Source: Yuukianura sp. NJ FZ-2021
Taxonomy: Eukaryota
DNA: 64,000 nt
Assembly: GCA_046563655.1 (NCBI GenBank)
Contig: CM102283.1
Coordinates: 4,960,001 to 5,024,000 of the forward strand
Reading direction: 5' to 3'
Numbering within the stretch: the stretch's first letter is position 1; every line of letters begins with the position of its first letter. The notes beneath the pieces are model-generated. The model had not been told where the DNA came from. It did not search any database and was given only the letters and a program-made list of their open reading frames with translations. This document shows, piece after piece, positions 44,599 to 55,083 of this stretch. Position numbers and translations under genes: made by a program.

Positions 44599-46958
44599 TT
44601 ATAATATGAATAACTCGTAAAGATCTTTTCCTGAGGGTAAGGTTCCCAAGATTGAGCAGGAGTTTCCGCGTTGAACAGCTAGGCTTATTCGTTGTAGGAA
44701 GAAGGTCGTGGCTCGCTTATCTCCAGATGCTTCTGACAGCCGATGTCCGATTTGTTTTAGTAGACGAAGACCTTCGGATCCGAATACACCTGATGTCTCG
44801 ACGGCAATGATGGATACCACGAAGCGAGATTCTAGGTCACGATAGAGATGATGTTTGTGTGTCTCTGCTAATTCGGCTGCATGACCATAGCGGGAAGACG
44901 ATGTCGAAAGGTAGGAATTTGCATAAGTGTCACGGCAGGTAAAGTCCCGGCAGAGGCAGCGTCCTGAGCTCCAAGGAATGAGAGTAACACCATCTGGCCG
45001 TTTGCCATCGGATCTGCTGCAGCCGACAGGTTCTTTAATTGAAGGAAATCCAGCGGTTTGTAATGCTCTGAAGATTATGTCGTTGACTGAGTTGTGACGC
45101 GAGTGTCTTCCGGCGCTACGCTTACAGCTTAAACCGTGGAGACCGTTACTTGACACCGGAGCACCGCACGAGCAGATATGAGGTTGGCATATATCAGTTC
45201 CTAGGCGAAGAGCACAAGAAATCCTAAAAGATTCGTCCGAAAGTAGAGTTCCAAGTTCTCCGGAGGGAATTGCGTGTAACCAATCTCCAGAATGTGGTGC
45301 AGCGGCAGCCAGTAGTCTTGCTTTGTCGATAAGGGTTGAAAAGTTCTGAACTAGGGAAGAAGAAATTTGCTTAAAGACTTGAATTTCCCAGAGGTTTTGA
45401 GATTTTTCGTCCTGTGGAATAACGAAGCCCAATTGAGACCAGTTGAACAAAGCCAAATCCATTGAATTGTCGAAGGGTGACAGGGAAGACGGCAGAAATG
45501 TAGAAATTAGCTCCGCACAACTATGGACTGATGCCAAAAACGAAAATGTAGCGCAGTCCTTAGCGTGGCAAACTCCTAATCCGCCCAAGTTCACCGGCAG
45601 ACTTGACTGAGACCAAGCGTGTAAAGACAAAGTAGAGTTGAGAATTGATTCCATCACTGCACGTAGCGCACAGTCGTATGCTTCGAGAAGATCGGTTTCC
45701 AAAAATGATGGAGCACATCGGAGGAAATATAGTAGTCTTGGGGTGGAAATTGAAGCTCGAAGCAGGTAGAACGCGATGTGGGCTGGTAATTCCGACAACT
45801 TGGATGAGAGTGACTTGAAGTACTCTGTTTTGCATTTGAGAATCCGACGAGTCGATTCTTTGAAAAGAGGCGCTCCTAGAAGTTCAGCTTGATCAGATTC
45901 AGGAAAGATGATGTCTGGAGAAACAGATTGGAATGATTGGACGATTGATCGGGATTCATCTGCGTCTGCGTTTAGGATGATGACTTCACATTTCCTTAGG
46001 TTGAGTTCTAGTCCAAACGAAGAGGCTTCTCTTTGGATGTACTTTAGATTTTCTAGAACGACATCCGGAGTATCGGCAATCGTTGCGTCGTCCAAATACC
46101 AGATGTTGAAATCAGTGGTTAAAGTAGAGGCCAGTTGGTGGATTGTTAAAGCGAAAAGAGCAGGACCAAGGGGATCCCCTGCTGCACTCCTAGTTTCGAT
46201 TTGATGCAAGCAGAGTCGTAGTAGAGATCTGAGTCGTGCGAATAAGCTTCAGAGACGAATTTGTAGAAGTCTGGAAGTATGGTCTTCACAATATCCAGCA
46301 TACGGTCTCTTCTAATTAAGTTGAAGGCATTGCGAAAGTCCATCTTGAGTAGAACCTTGGCAGAACCATGGTTGGCATTACAGAAGATTCTGGCAGCGTG
46401 GGCGACGGCTTCAGCACCATTCTTGATTCCAACGCCAACTTGGATCGGGCTTAAGGTTGAAGTAATGACATTCAACGAGTGAGATAGGATAAGTTTAGAC
46501 ACGAGGCGTCTCCAAGTAAGGCCGATTGCGATAGGACGAATGCCTCCTTTCTTCTTTTGGATTGCTAATAGAGTTGCGCCAAAAAAAATTCGTCTCACTT
46601 CATCGGGAAGAGAACCATTTGTAATGAAGTTACACAATCCAGAAACTGATGCTAGAAGAGCTGCTCCTTCATCGCCTGAGGACTTTGAAGTTAGTTCCTT
46701 TAGAATCTGTGGACGAAAAGAGTCCAGGCCTCCGGCGGATCCATTTGGGAATGACGAGATGGCTTTGATGACGTAACAGTTTTCAAAGATAACCTCAGAT
46801 CTCGGAGGTGCGGCAGGAAACGAGGTTGGTAGTGGATGATCGGGATGCAATTGGTGGAGAATGTTCAAAGTATCAGAGTCTTTGGAGGCTATGCAATCTT
46901 CGGAGACCAGGATTCGAACTGCACCGCGTATATCCCCGTCGGCTAGTTTAACCTCTTT
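44599..46958 (-). pseudogene. RT + zinc-knuckle/RLE coding region of the CRE-like element, N-terminally truncated, with one frameshift
   Basis: RT motifs: GIRPIAIGLTWRRLVSK, KMDFRNAFN, GVQQG|DPLGPALF, WYLDD. C-terminal motifs: CSC..H..C knuckle, RHN, KEP, RPDG, DFT, AE..K (PD-(D/E)xK-type). The two ORF-track ORFs join if one G is added to the G-run (CCCC at 46176-46179 on +). The first 9 aa of ORF 46146..46985 come from the satellite. Confidence 0.9.
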
Positions 46959-48271
46959 ACATTTGTCTAGTTTGAGGATCTTCAAGTGGTTTTTTGAAAC
47001 CAGTGTTGTTGAAAATATTTTTCAACTAAGGTCTGATTGAATCCTGAGGAACGGAATTGTGCCAAGATAGCAATTTTAATTTGACGCTATGGAGACAGAC
47101 TACAAAAATAGGGACATTTGTCTAGTTTGAGGATCTTCAAGTGGTTTTTTGAAACCAGTGTTGTTGAAAATATTTTTCAACTCAGAAACCAGTGTTGTTG
47201 AAAATATTTTTCAACTAAGGTCTGATTGAATCCTGAGGAACGGAATTGTGCCAAGATAGCAATTTTAATTTGACGCTATGGAGACAGACTACAAAAATAG
47301 GGACATTTGTCTAGTTTGAGGATCTTCAAGTGGTGTTTTGAAACCAGTGTTGTTGAAAATATTTTTCAACTAAGGTCTGATATTCAATCCTGATGAACGG
47401 AATTGTACCAAGATAGCAATTTTAATTTGACGCTATGGAGACAGACTACAAAAATAGGGACATTTGTCTAGTTTGAGGATCTTCAAGTGGTTTTTCGAAA
47501 CCAGTGTTGTTGAAAATATTTTTCAACTAAGGTCTAACGTCTGATTGAATCCTGAGGAACGGAATTGTGCCAAGATAGCAATTTTAATTTGACGCTATGG
47601 AGACAGACTACAAAAATAGGGACATTTGTCTAGTTTGAGGATCTTCAAGTGGTTTTTTGAAACCAGTGTTGTTGAAAATATTTTTCAACTAAGGTCTGAA
47701 ATTCAATCCTGAGGAACGGAATTGTACCAAGATAGCAATTTTAATTTGACGCTATGGAGACAGACTACAAAAATAGGGACATTTGTCTAGTTTGAGGATC
47801 TTCAAGTGGTTTTTCGAAACCAGTGTTGTTGAAAATATTTTTCAACTAAGGTCTGATTGAATCCTGAGGAACGGAATTGTGCCAAGATAGCAATTTTAAT
47901 TTGACGCTATGGATACAGACTACAAAAGTAGGGACATTTGTCTAGTTTGAAGATCTTCAAGTGGTTTTTTGAAACCAGTGTTGTTGAAAATATTTTTCAA
48001 CTAAGGTCTGAAATTCAATCCTGAGGAACGGAATTGTGCCAAGATAGCAATTTTAATTTGACGCTATGGATACAGACTACAAAAATAGGGACATTTGTCT
48101 AGTTTGAAGATCTTCAAGTGGTTTTTTGAAACCAGTGTTGTTGAAAATATTTTTCAACTAAGGTCTGATTGAATCCTGAGGAACGGAATTGTGCCAAGAT
48201 AGCAATTTTAATTTGACGCTATGGATACAGACTACAAAAATAGGGACTTTTTCTAATTTGAGGATCTTCAA

Positions 48272-48682
48272 TAGTGCTTCAAGTTCGTAGCAAAAATGGA
48301 AAGTTCGAACTTCGAACCTAAGTTCGAACTTTCTGAAAAGCAAGTTCGAACGTTCGAACCTTTTTTTTACATGCAAAAAGCAAGGGGCGGTGAAAAAAAT
48401 GGTGAGGGTGATAAATTTCACAACTCATATAAGATCTGTATTTCCCCTTGTATTTGAATTTTTTTCAAAAACTAGCTTAAAACAATAAGTGTAAAGTGAA
48501 CTAAAACTAGTTTCTGAGGCAATATGCCACGGTTTTTGTTGAAATCCATGCAGTGTTGAATATTTGCCAATATTGACGGGTAAGTTCGAACTCTTTTGGC
48601 TGAGGTTCGAACTTCGAACCTAGGAAAACAACCAGGTTCGAGTGCAGAAGTTCGAACTCTAAAGTTCGAACTTGAAGTACTA
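48272..48682. mobile_element. Non-autonomous hAT-type DNA transposon (MITE), 411 bp
   Basis: 16-bp TIRs TAGTGCTTCAAGTTCG / CGAACTTGAAGTACTA (1 mismatch). 8-bp TSD ATCTTCAA at 48264-48271 and 48683-48690. Many subterminal GTTCGAAC palindromes. An 8-bp TSD with YAG-starting TIRs is typical of hAT. Confidence 0.9.
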
Positions 48683-49120
48683 ATCTTCAAGTGGTTTTTT
48701 GAAACCAGTGTTGTTGAAAACATTTTTCAACTAAGGTCTGATTGAATCCTGAGGAACGGAATTGTGCCAAGATAGCAATTTTAATTTGACGCTATGGATA
48801 CAGACTACAAAAATAGGGACTTTTGTCTAGTTTGAGGATCTTCAAGTGGTTTTTTGAAACCAGTGTTGTTGAAAATATTTTTCAACTAAGGTCTGATTGA
48901 ATCCTGAGGAACGGAATTGTGCCAAGATAGCAATTTTAATTTGACGCTATGGAGACAGACTACAAAAATAGGGACATTTGTCTAGTTTGAGGATCTTCAA
49001 GTGGTTTTTTGAAACCAGTGTTGTTGAAAATATTTTTCAACTAAGGTCTGAAATTCAATCCTGAGGAACGGAATTGTGCCAAGATAGCAATTTTAATTTG
49101 ACGCTATGGAGACAGACGCT

Positions 49121-52100
49121 ATCATGAAATGGAAGAATTCTATCCGCTGAGCTTGTTGGTTTCTATTGCGTGATATTTTGTACTAGTTGGTCTCCATCGT
49201 GAATTTGTAAAATGTTTTGTAGTGTTCATAAGTTTTAGAGGCTGGTTCAGAGGATTCGGTTTTTACAGAGCGGTCTGCATAACGTCAAATTTTAAAATGT
49301 TCCGTATGCCTCCTAACGTCGCCTTGAAGTATCACATTTCGTGTTAGAAATATTTCTTGCTACACCATGGTTTCTAAAAACCATGCCCGAAATCATGAAA
49401 TGGAAGAATTCTACCCGCTGAACTAGTTGGTTTCTATTGCGTGATATTTTGTACTAGTTGGTCTCCATCGTGAATTTGTAAAATGTTTTAGAGTGTTCAT
49501 ATGTTTTAGAGGCTGGTTCAGAGGATTCGGTTTTTACAGAGCGGTTAGCATAACGTCAAATTTTAAAATGTTCCGTATACCTCCTAATGTAGCCTTGAAG
49601 TATCACATTTCGTGTTAGAAATATTTCTTGCTACACCATGGTTTCTAAAAACCATGCCCGAAATCATGAAATGGAAGAATTCTGCCCGCTGAACTAGTTG
49701 GTCTCTTTTGCGTGATATTTTGTACTAGTTGGTCTCCATCGTGAATTTGTAAAATGTTTTAGAGTGTTCATATGTTTTAGAAGCTGGTTCAGAGGATTCG
49801 GTTTTTACAGAGCGGTCTGCATAACGTCAAATTTTAAAATGTTCCGTATACCTCCTAATGTAGTCTTGAAGTATCACATTTCGTGTTAGAAATATTTCTT
49901 GCTACACCATGGTTTCTAAAAACCATGCCGGAAATCATGAAATAGAAGAATTCTACCCGCTGAACTAGTTGGTCTCTATTGCGTGACGTTTTGTACTAGT
50001 TGGTCTCCGTCGTGAATTTGTAAAATGTTTTGTAGTGTTCAGAAGCTTTAGAGGCTGGTTCAGAGGATTGGGTTTTTACTGAGCGTTCTGATGACGTCAA
50101 AATCTAAATGTTCCGTATGCCTCCTAATGTCGCCTTAAAGTGTCACATTTCGTGTTAGAAAGATTTGTTGCTACACCATGGTTTCTAAAAACCATGCCCG
50201 AAATCATGAAATGGAAGAATTCTACCCGCTGAACTAGTTGGTTTCTATTGCGTGATATTTTGTACTAGTTGGTCTCCATCGTGAATTTGTAAAATGTTTT
50301 AGGGTGCTCATATGTTTTAGAGGCTGGTTCAGAGGATTCAGTTTTTACAGAGCGGTTAGCATAACGTCAAATTTTAAAATGTTCCGTATACCTCCTAATG
50401 TCGCCTTGAAGTATCACATTTCGTGTTAGAAAGATTTCTTGGTACACCCTGGTTTCTAAAAACCATGCCCGAAATCATGAAATGGAATAATTCTACCCGC
50501 TGAGCTAGTTGGTCTCTATTGCGTGAAATTTTGTACTAGTTGGTTTCCGTCGTGAATTTGTAGAATGTTTTGTAGTGTTCATAAGTTTTAGAGGCTGTTT
50601 CAGAGGATTGGGGATTTACTGAGCGTTCTGATAACATCAAAATCTAAATGTTCCGTATGCCTCCTAATGTCGCCTTGAAGTATCACATTTCGTGTTAGAA
50701 ATATTTTTTGCTACACCATGGTTTCTAAAAACCATGCCGGAAATCATGAAATGGAAGAATTCTATCCGCTGAGCTAGTTGGTCTCTATTGCGTGAAATTT
50801 TGTACTAGTTGGTCTCCATCGTGAATTTGTAAAATGTTTTGTAGTGTTCATAAGTTTTAGAGGCTGGTTCAGAGGATTCGGTTTTTAGTGAGCGTTCTGA
50901 TGACGTCAAAATCTAAATGTTCCGTATGCCTCCTAATGTCGCCTTAAAGTGTCACATTTCGTGTTAGAAAGATTTGTTGCTACACCATGGTTTCTAAAAA
51001 CCATGCCCGAAATCATGAAATGGAAGAATTCTACCCGCTGAACTAGTTGGTTTCTATTGCGTGATATTTTGTACTAGTTGGTCTCCATCGTGAATTTGTA
51101 AAATGTTTTAGAGTGCTCATATGTTTTAGAGGCTGGTTCAGAGGATTCAGTTTTTACAGAGCGGTTAGCATAACGTCAAATTTTAAAATGTTCCGTATAC
51201 CTCCTAATGTCGCCTTGAAGTATCACATTTCGTCTTAGAAAGATTTCTTGGTACACCCTGGTTTCTAAAAACCATGCCCGAAATCATGAAATGGAATAAT
51301 TCTACCCGCTGAGCTAGTTGGTCTCTATTGCGTGAAATTTTGTACTAGTTGGTTTCCGTCGTGAATTTGTAGAATGTTTTGTAGTGTTCATAAGTTTTAG
51401 AGGCTGGTTCAGAGGATTCAGTTTTTACAGAGCGGTTAGCATAACGTCAAATTTTAAAATGTTCCGTATACCTCCTAATGTCGCCTTGAAGTATCACATT
51501 TCGTCTTAGAAAGATTTCTTGCTACACCATGCTTTCTAAAAACCATGCCGGAAATCATGAAATGGAAGAATTCTATGCGCTGAGCTAGTTGTTCTCTATA
51601 GCGTGAAATTTTGTACTAGTTGGTTTCCATCGTGAATTTGTAGAATGTTTTGTAGTGTTCATAAGTTTTAGAGGCTGTTTCAGAGGATTGGGGATTTACT
51701 GAGCGTTCTGATAACGTCAAAATCTAAATGTTCCGTATGCCTCCTAATGTCGCCTTGAAGTATCACATTTCGTGTTAGAAAGATTTCTTGGTACACCCTG
51801 GTTTCTAAAAACCATGCCCGAAATCATGAAATGGAATAATTCTACCCGCTGAGCTAGTTGGTCTCTATTGCGTGAAATTTTGTACTAGTTGGTTTCCGTC
51901 GTGAATTTGTAGAATGTTTTGTAGTGTTCATAAGTTTTAGAGGCTGTTTCAGAGGATTGGGGATTTACTGAGCGTTCTGATAACATCAAAATCTAAATGT
52001 TCCGTATGCCTCCTAATGTCGCCTTGAAGTATCACATTTCGTGTTAGAAATATTTTTTGCTACACCATGGTTTCTAAAAACCATGCCGGAAATCATGAAA

Positions 52101-52317
52101 TGGAATAATTCTATCCGCTGAGCTAGTTGGTCTCTATCGCGTGAAATTTTGTACTAGTTGGTCTCCATCGTGAATTTGTAAAATGTTTTGTAGTGTTCAT
52201 AAGTTTTAGAGGCTGGTTCAGAGGAGTGGGTTTTTACAGAGCGGTCTGCATAACGTCAAATTTTAAAATGTTCCGTATACCTCCTAATGTAGGCTTGATG
52301 TCTCACATTTCGTGTTA
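49121..52317 (+). repeat. Tandem satellite 3, 271/269-bp monomer (~12 copies, more diverged)
   Basis: ATCATGAAAT recurs at 49121, 49392, 49663, 49934, 50203. Each monomer has an internal ~30-bp duplication (ACTAGTTGGT...CGTGA..TTTGT twice) and the inverted repeat CATGGTTT-CTAA-AAACCATG. Confidence 0.95.
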
Positions 52318-52685
52318 AGTTAGGTTAGGTTAGTTAGTTTGGTTATTTATATTTTTAGTTAAGCATAGCTTTAAGTTTCCCGCCCTTTAAAACGAAAGGT
52401 CAGTTTTTCATGAGGCTTTGTGGACTTGTAGGGTTAAGTGTATAGTGTATCCCCTATACTTTACATTACTCAATTTTCTTCGTCTTTTGTGCGTCGGTTA
52501 GCGTCTGGCGTCGGCTATTCGGCTATTCTGTGTTTTCTCCTCTCCGTCTTTTGTCTGTTCCCATAAGTTTAAGTATAAGAATAAAACAAGATTCAGATAT
52601 TGAAGAGACAACATCCGCTTTTAAGTTTCTAGGTTGTCATAATTCGATTAATTGGTAAAATACTAATAAACAAGTAAACCTAACA
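52313..52685. mobile_element. Probable solo LTR (373 bp) of a family unrelated to the Gypsy element in this window
   Basis: Starts TGTTAAGTT and ends AACCTAACA (TG..CA, 8/9 terminal inverted repeat). Contains AATAAA motifs. The flanks TTTCG and ACCCA do not form a TSD. Confidence 0.55.
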
Positions 52686-52736
52686 ACCCACCACAGTCCA
52701 ATCGATCAGTCCATTTAGCAGTGTTTGAGAACCTAA

Positions 52737-53012
52737 GTGAAATTTACGGCTGACTTATCATACTTTACGGCGAAAGCTATGTAGCGGGAAATTTACGGCG
52801 AATCTATCATACTTTACGTCCAAAGCTATAGAGCGGGAAATTTACGACTGATTCATACTTTACGGCAATTGTCGTAAAGTGCAAGGAATCAGCCGTAAAT
52901 GCCCTACTTTACCGCAATAGTCGTAAAGTGCAATGAATCATCCGTAAATGCACCACTTTTGCGCAATTGTCCTAAAGAGCAATGACTCAGCGGTAAAGGC
53001 CCCACTTTACTG
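52737..53012. mobile_element. Fold-back MITE-like element, copy 1
   Basis: ~49-bp subrepeats containing TTTACGGCTGA are followed by ~50-bp subrepeats containing the inverse TCAGCCGTAAA. Ends CCCCACTTTACTG, like copy 2. Confidence 0.55.
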
Positions 53013-53119
53013 GATTCACCTTACTTCACGCCTATTTCCGCAAAATGGAAATTATAATGCTGAAACACCTCTTTGCTTTGTATCAAGTTACAACGCAAAC
53101 GAAAGGCCAAGTAGCCATA

Positions 53120-53309
53120 CAGTGTGAAATTTACGGCTGATTTATCATACTTTACGGCCAAAGCTATAAAGCGGGAAATTTACGGCTGAATCATACTTTA
53201 CGGCAATAGTCGTAAAGTGCAAATGCTCAGACGTAAATGCCCCACTTTCGCGCAACAGTCGTAAAGAGCAATGACTCAGCGGTAAAGGCCCTAGGGCCCC
53301 ACTTTACTG
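53120..53309. mobile_element. Fold-back MITE-like element, copy 2 (Tc1/mariner-like CAGT..ACTG ends)
   Basis: TA|CAGTGTGAAATTTACGGCTGA ... CCACTTTACTG|TG. Same subrepeats as copy 1 but fewer units. The right flank is TG rather than TA, so the superfamily is uncertain. Confidence 0.55.
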
Positions 53310-53556
53310 TGTTACGCTATAGGAGGGAAGACTTGCAGCTATATTAGGTCTTTTTACCTTCAATGTGGCTCATAGAAGGCTGGCTACATACTGTTTTTTG
53401 AAATTGTGTTTTTGATTGGTAGAGCAATATCTTTGTTAGGTTCCGTGTTAGTCAAGCAATTAACACTATTTATTTAAAAGTCATAACGCAAAGTGCACTT
53501 CTTGCAGCGGTGCCATTCGTGTATTCACAAAAAAAAAATTATTAATTTTTTTTTAT

Positions 53557-54153
53557 TTACCACCTTATACTACGCCGCAGATAAGGTATACCAATATGTA
53601 GTGCCATTTGACGGTTGCTCACATTGCTACAGTATATCAGGATAGATTTTACAACAGTTTTAATTGCATTGTATTTAGGGATCAAAACGGACTCCAGTAT
53701 TGCAGAACATATTGCCAAGAAACATCCACATGCCAGAAGATAAAATATCAACAATATTCTCGATCCCACACTGATTTTTTTTGGGCCAGCAATTATTACA
53801 TCGTCAGAGTATGACAGTACGCGCTTACCATCGCGTAAGTTAAACATGTAAGCATGAATACCATGGCGACTAATCATTACCCCAGATTCCGCGAGTCGGC
53901 GAAAACTCGTTAGTAAGGTTGATTCCACGATAACATCACGGCCTGTGATTGCACAACCATACACTAAATCATCTGGAAACAGGGTTTTATCCGGAAAATA
54001 ATAAAATTTTCTAGACACATTTCTTCCAAAAATTACTTCCGCTTTAAATTCGTAAAATTTCTTGGCATCAAAAATACTCCTGAAGTTGGACTGGATTCCT
54101 TCATTTTTACATTGTAAAAAATTTTCTTCATATTCGACATTACACGGCAAGAT
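53557..54153 (-). pseudogene. 3' part of a divergent ionotropic-receptor-like membrane protein gene, cut off by the HINE insertion
   Basis: Open frame with FRRLAESGV (resembles the L.E.G(I/L) motif of IR/iGluR S2 lobes) followed by a hydrophobic helix ILLIFYLLACGCFLAICSAILE (last TM-like). The ORF-track start MRLQKT lies inside the HINE. Family call is by resemblance only. Confidence 0.55.
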
Positions 54154-54652
54154 TTTAGTCTTCTGGAGACGCACGTCTACGACGTGCTGAAGAAGACTAT
54201 TGATACGACTTTGTCCGTCCGTCCGTCACACTTTTTAGGACTTTTTGCACTGAAACATTAGCCCCATTATTGACCGGGGGTTCTGTATCGCTCAAGTGTT
54301 TTCATTATGTCTACATTCCACTCAAAGTGTTATCTTAACAACGTAGAAGTGGGCGGCTACTTTACGTACCCGCAGTATCGTGGCTCCGCAATGCTGTTTT
54401 GGTTTCGATTGCACTCAAAGTATTTATAAACAACGGAGTTTTGATCTGGTCATTTTCTGGCAGTATGTTTAATTACGTTGTTAAATTAAGACTGATCAGA
54501 GGGTAGAAAATCCGGCTTAAATGTTTAATATGTGAATGGTGCACAACAGGGGTCAAAGTTGCATTTACTAGAAATTTTTATAATTTCGATTTTCACAAGC
54601 GATATCCGACCCCTCGAGCCAGCGTTAACGACCATATGATCAACAGGGATAC

Positions 54653-55057
54653 TGTTAGGAAAAACATAACGTCAACTTTTCTTAAAAGTTCATTTGAGTT
54701 CACATGCTAATTATCTGTCTTTTCGTTAAAGTTCATTTTCTGCAGAACAAAAGACATTTTCCTTTTGTTAGAGATCTAAAATTAGAAGTCTAATTTACTC
54801 ATGCTAATTTGGAGTTACTCGTAACTCCTCGTTTCCGTTTTGATGTTTCTTTCTGACCGTATAAATACGGCCAGCACCCAGCCCAATACATCCATTCTTT
54901 TCCTTCCAGTCTTTCTGGAACATTCCCTACTTGTAAGGCCTCACTGCGAGGTCAAGGACTTAGTGTCCTTGTCCCTATTGTATTGAATAAAGACAATAAC
55001 TTCATTCTTATTGCAAACTTGCAAAGTCGTCTACGGAGTTACATTCATTTCAGTACA
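54653..55057 (+). repeat. 5' LTR
   Basis: Direct repeat of 60968-61372 (6 mismatches counted by eye). TATAAATA at 54860-54867 and AATAAA at 54986-54991. Confidence 0.96.
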
Positions 55058-55059
55058 TT

Positions 55060-55077
55060 TGGTGGTACGAGCTGCTG
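55060..55077 (+). promoter_or_regulatory. Putative tRNA primer-binding site
   Basis: TGGTGGTACGAG... begins 2 nt after the 5' LTR; TGG is complementary to the tRNA CCA end. The cognate tRNA was not identified. Confidence 0.6.
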
Positions 55078-55083
55078 AAACCG

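Larger units (their letters stand above)
44506..46958 (-). mobile_element. 5'-truncated non-LTR retrotransposon of the RLE-encoding CRE-like clade, inserted in satellite 2
   Basis: Poly-T run at 44505-44527 on + (poly-A tail on -). A 10-bp TSD ACATTTGTCT lies at 44496-44505 and 46959-46968. The element encodes RT followed by a C-terminal restriction-like endonuclease. Clade assignment is from motif recognition, not a search. Confidence 0.92.
30869..49117 (+). repeat. Tandem satellite 2, 155-bp monomer (154/157-bp variants; ~99 copies), interrupted by two TE insertions
   Basis: ATTTTTCAACTAA recurs at 30871, 31026, 31181 (period 155). Variants GATATTCAATCC and GAAATTCAATCC add 2 bp. The monomer contains the inverted repeats GTTGAAAA-TAT-TTTTCAAC and TGGTTT..AAACCA. 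Confidence 0.98.

Noticed and set aside
45560-46776. Short alternative-frame and antisense ORFs within the CRE-like element
   Set aside because: Shadows of the RT reading frame with no independent signals.
48158-48723. ORF-track ORFs 48158..48421 and 48472..48723
   Set aside because: They cross MITE/satellite junctions, read through GTTCGAAC repeats and show no protein motifs.
1-52317. CRISPR array or tandem RNA-gene array (5S, spliced leader, snRNA)
   Set aside because: Whole monomers repeat with no unique spacers and no cas genes, and I recognise no RNA-gene sequence in any monomer.
52315-52345. TTAGG-like run as an interstitial telomere or healed break
   Set aside because: Only two perfect units, degenerate on both sides, and inside the start of a probable LTR.
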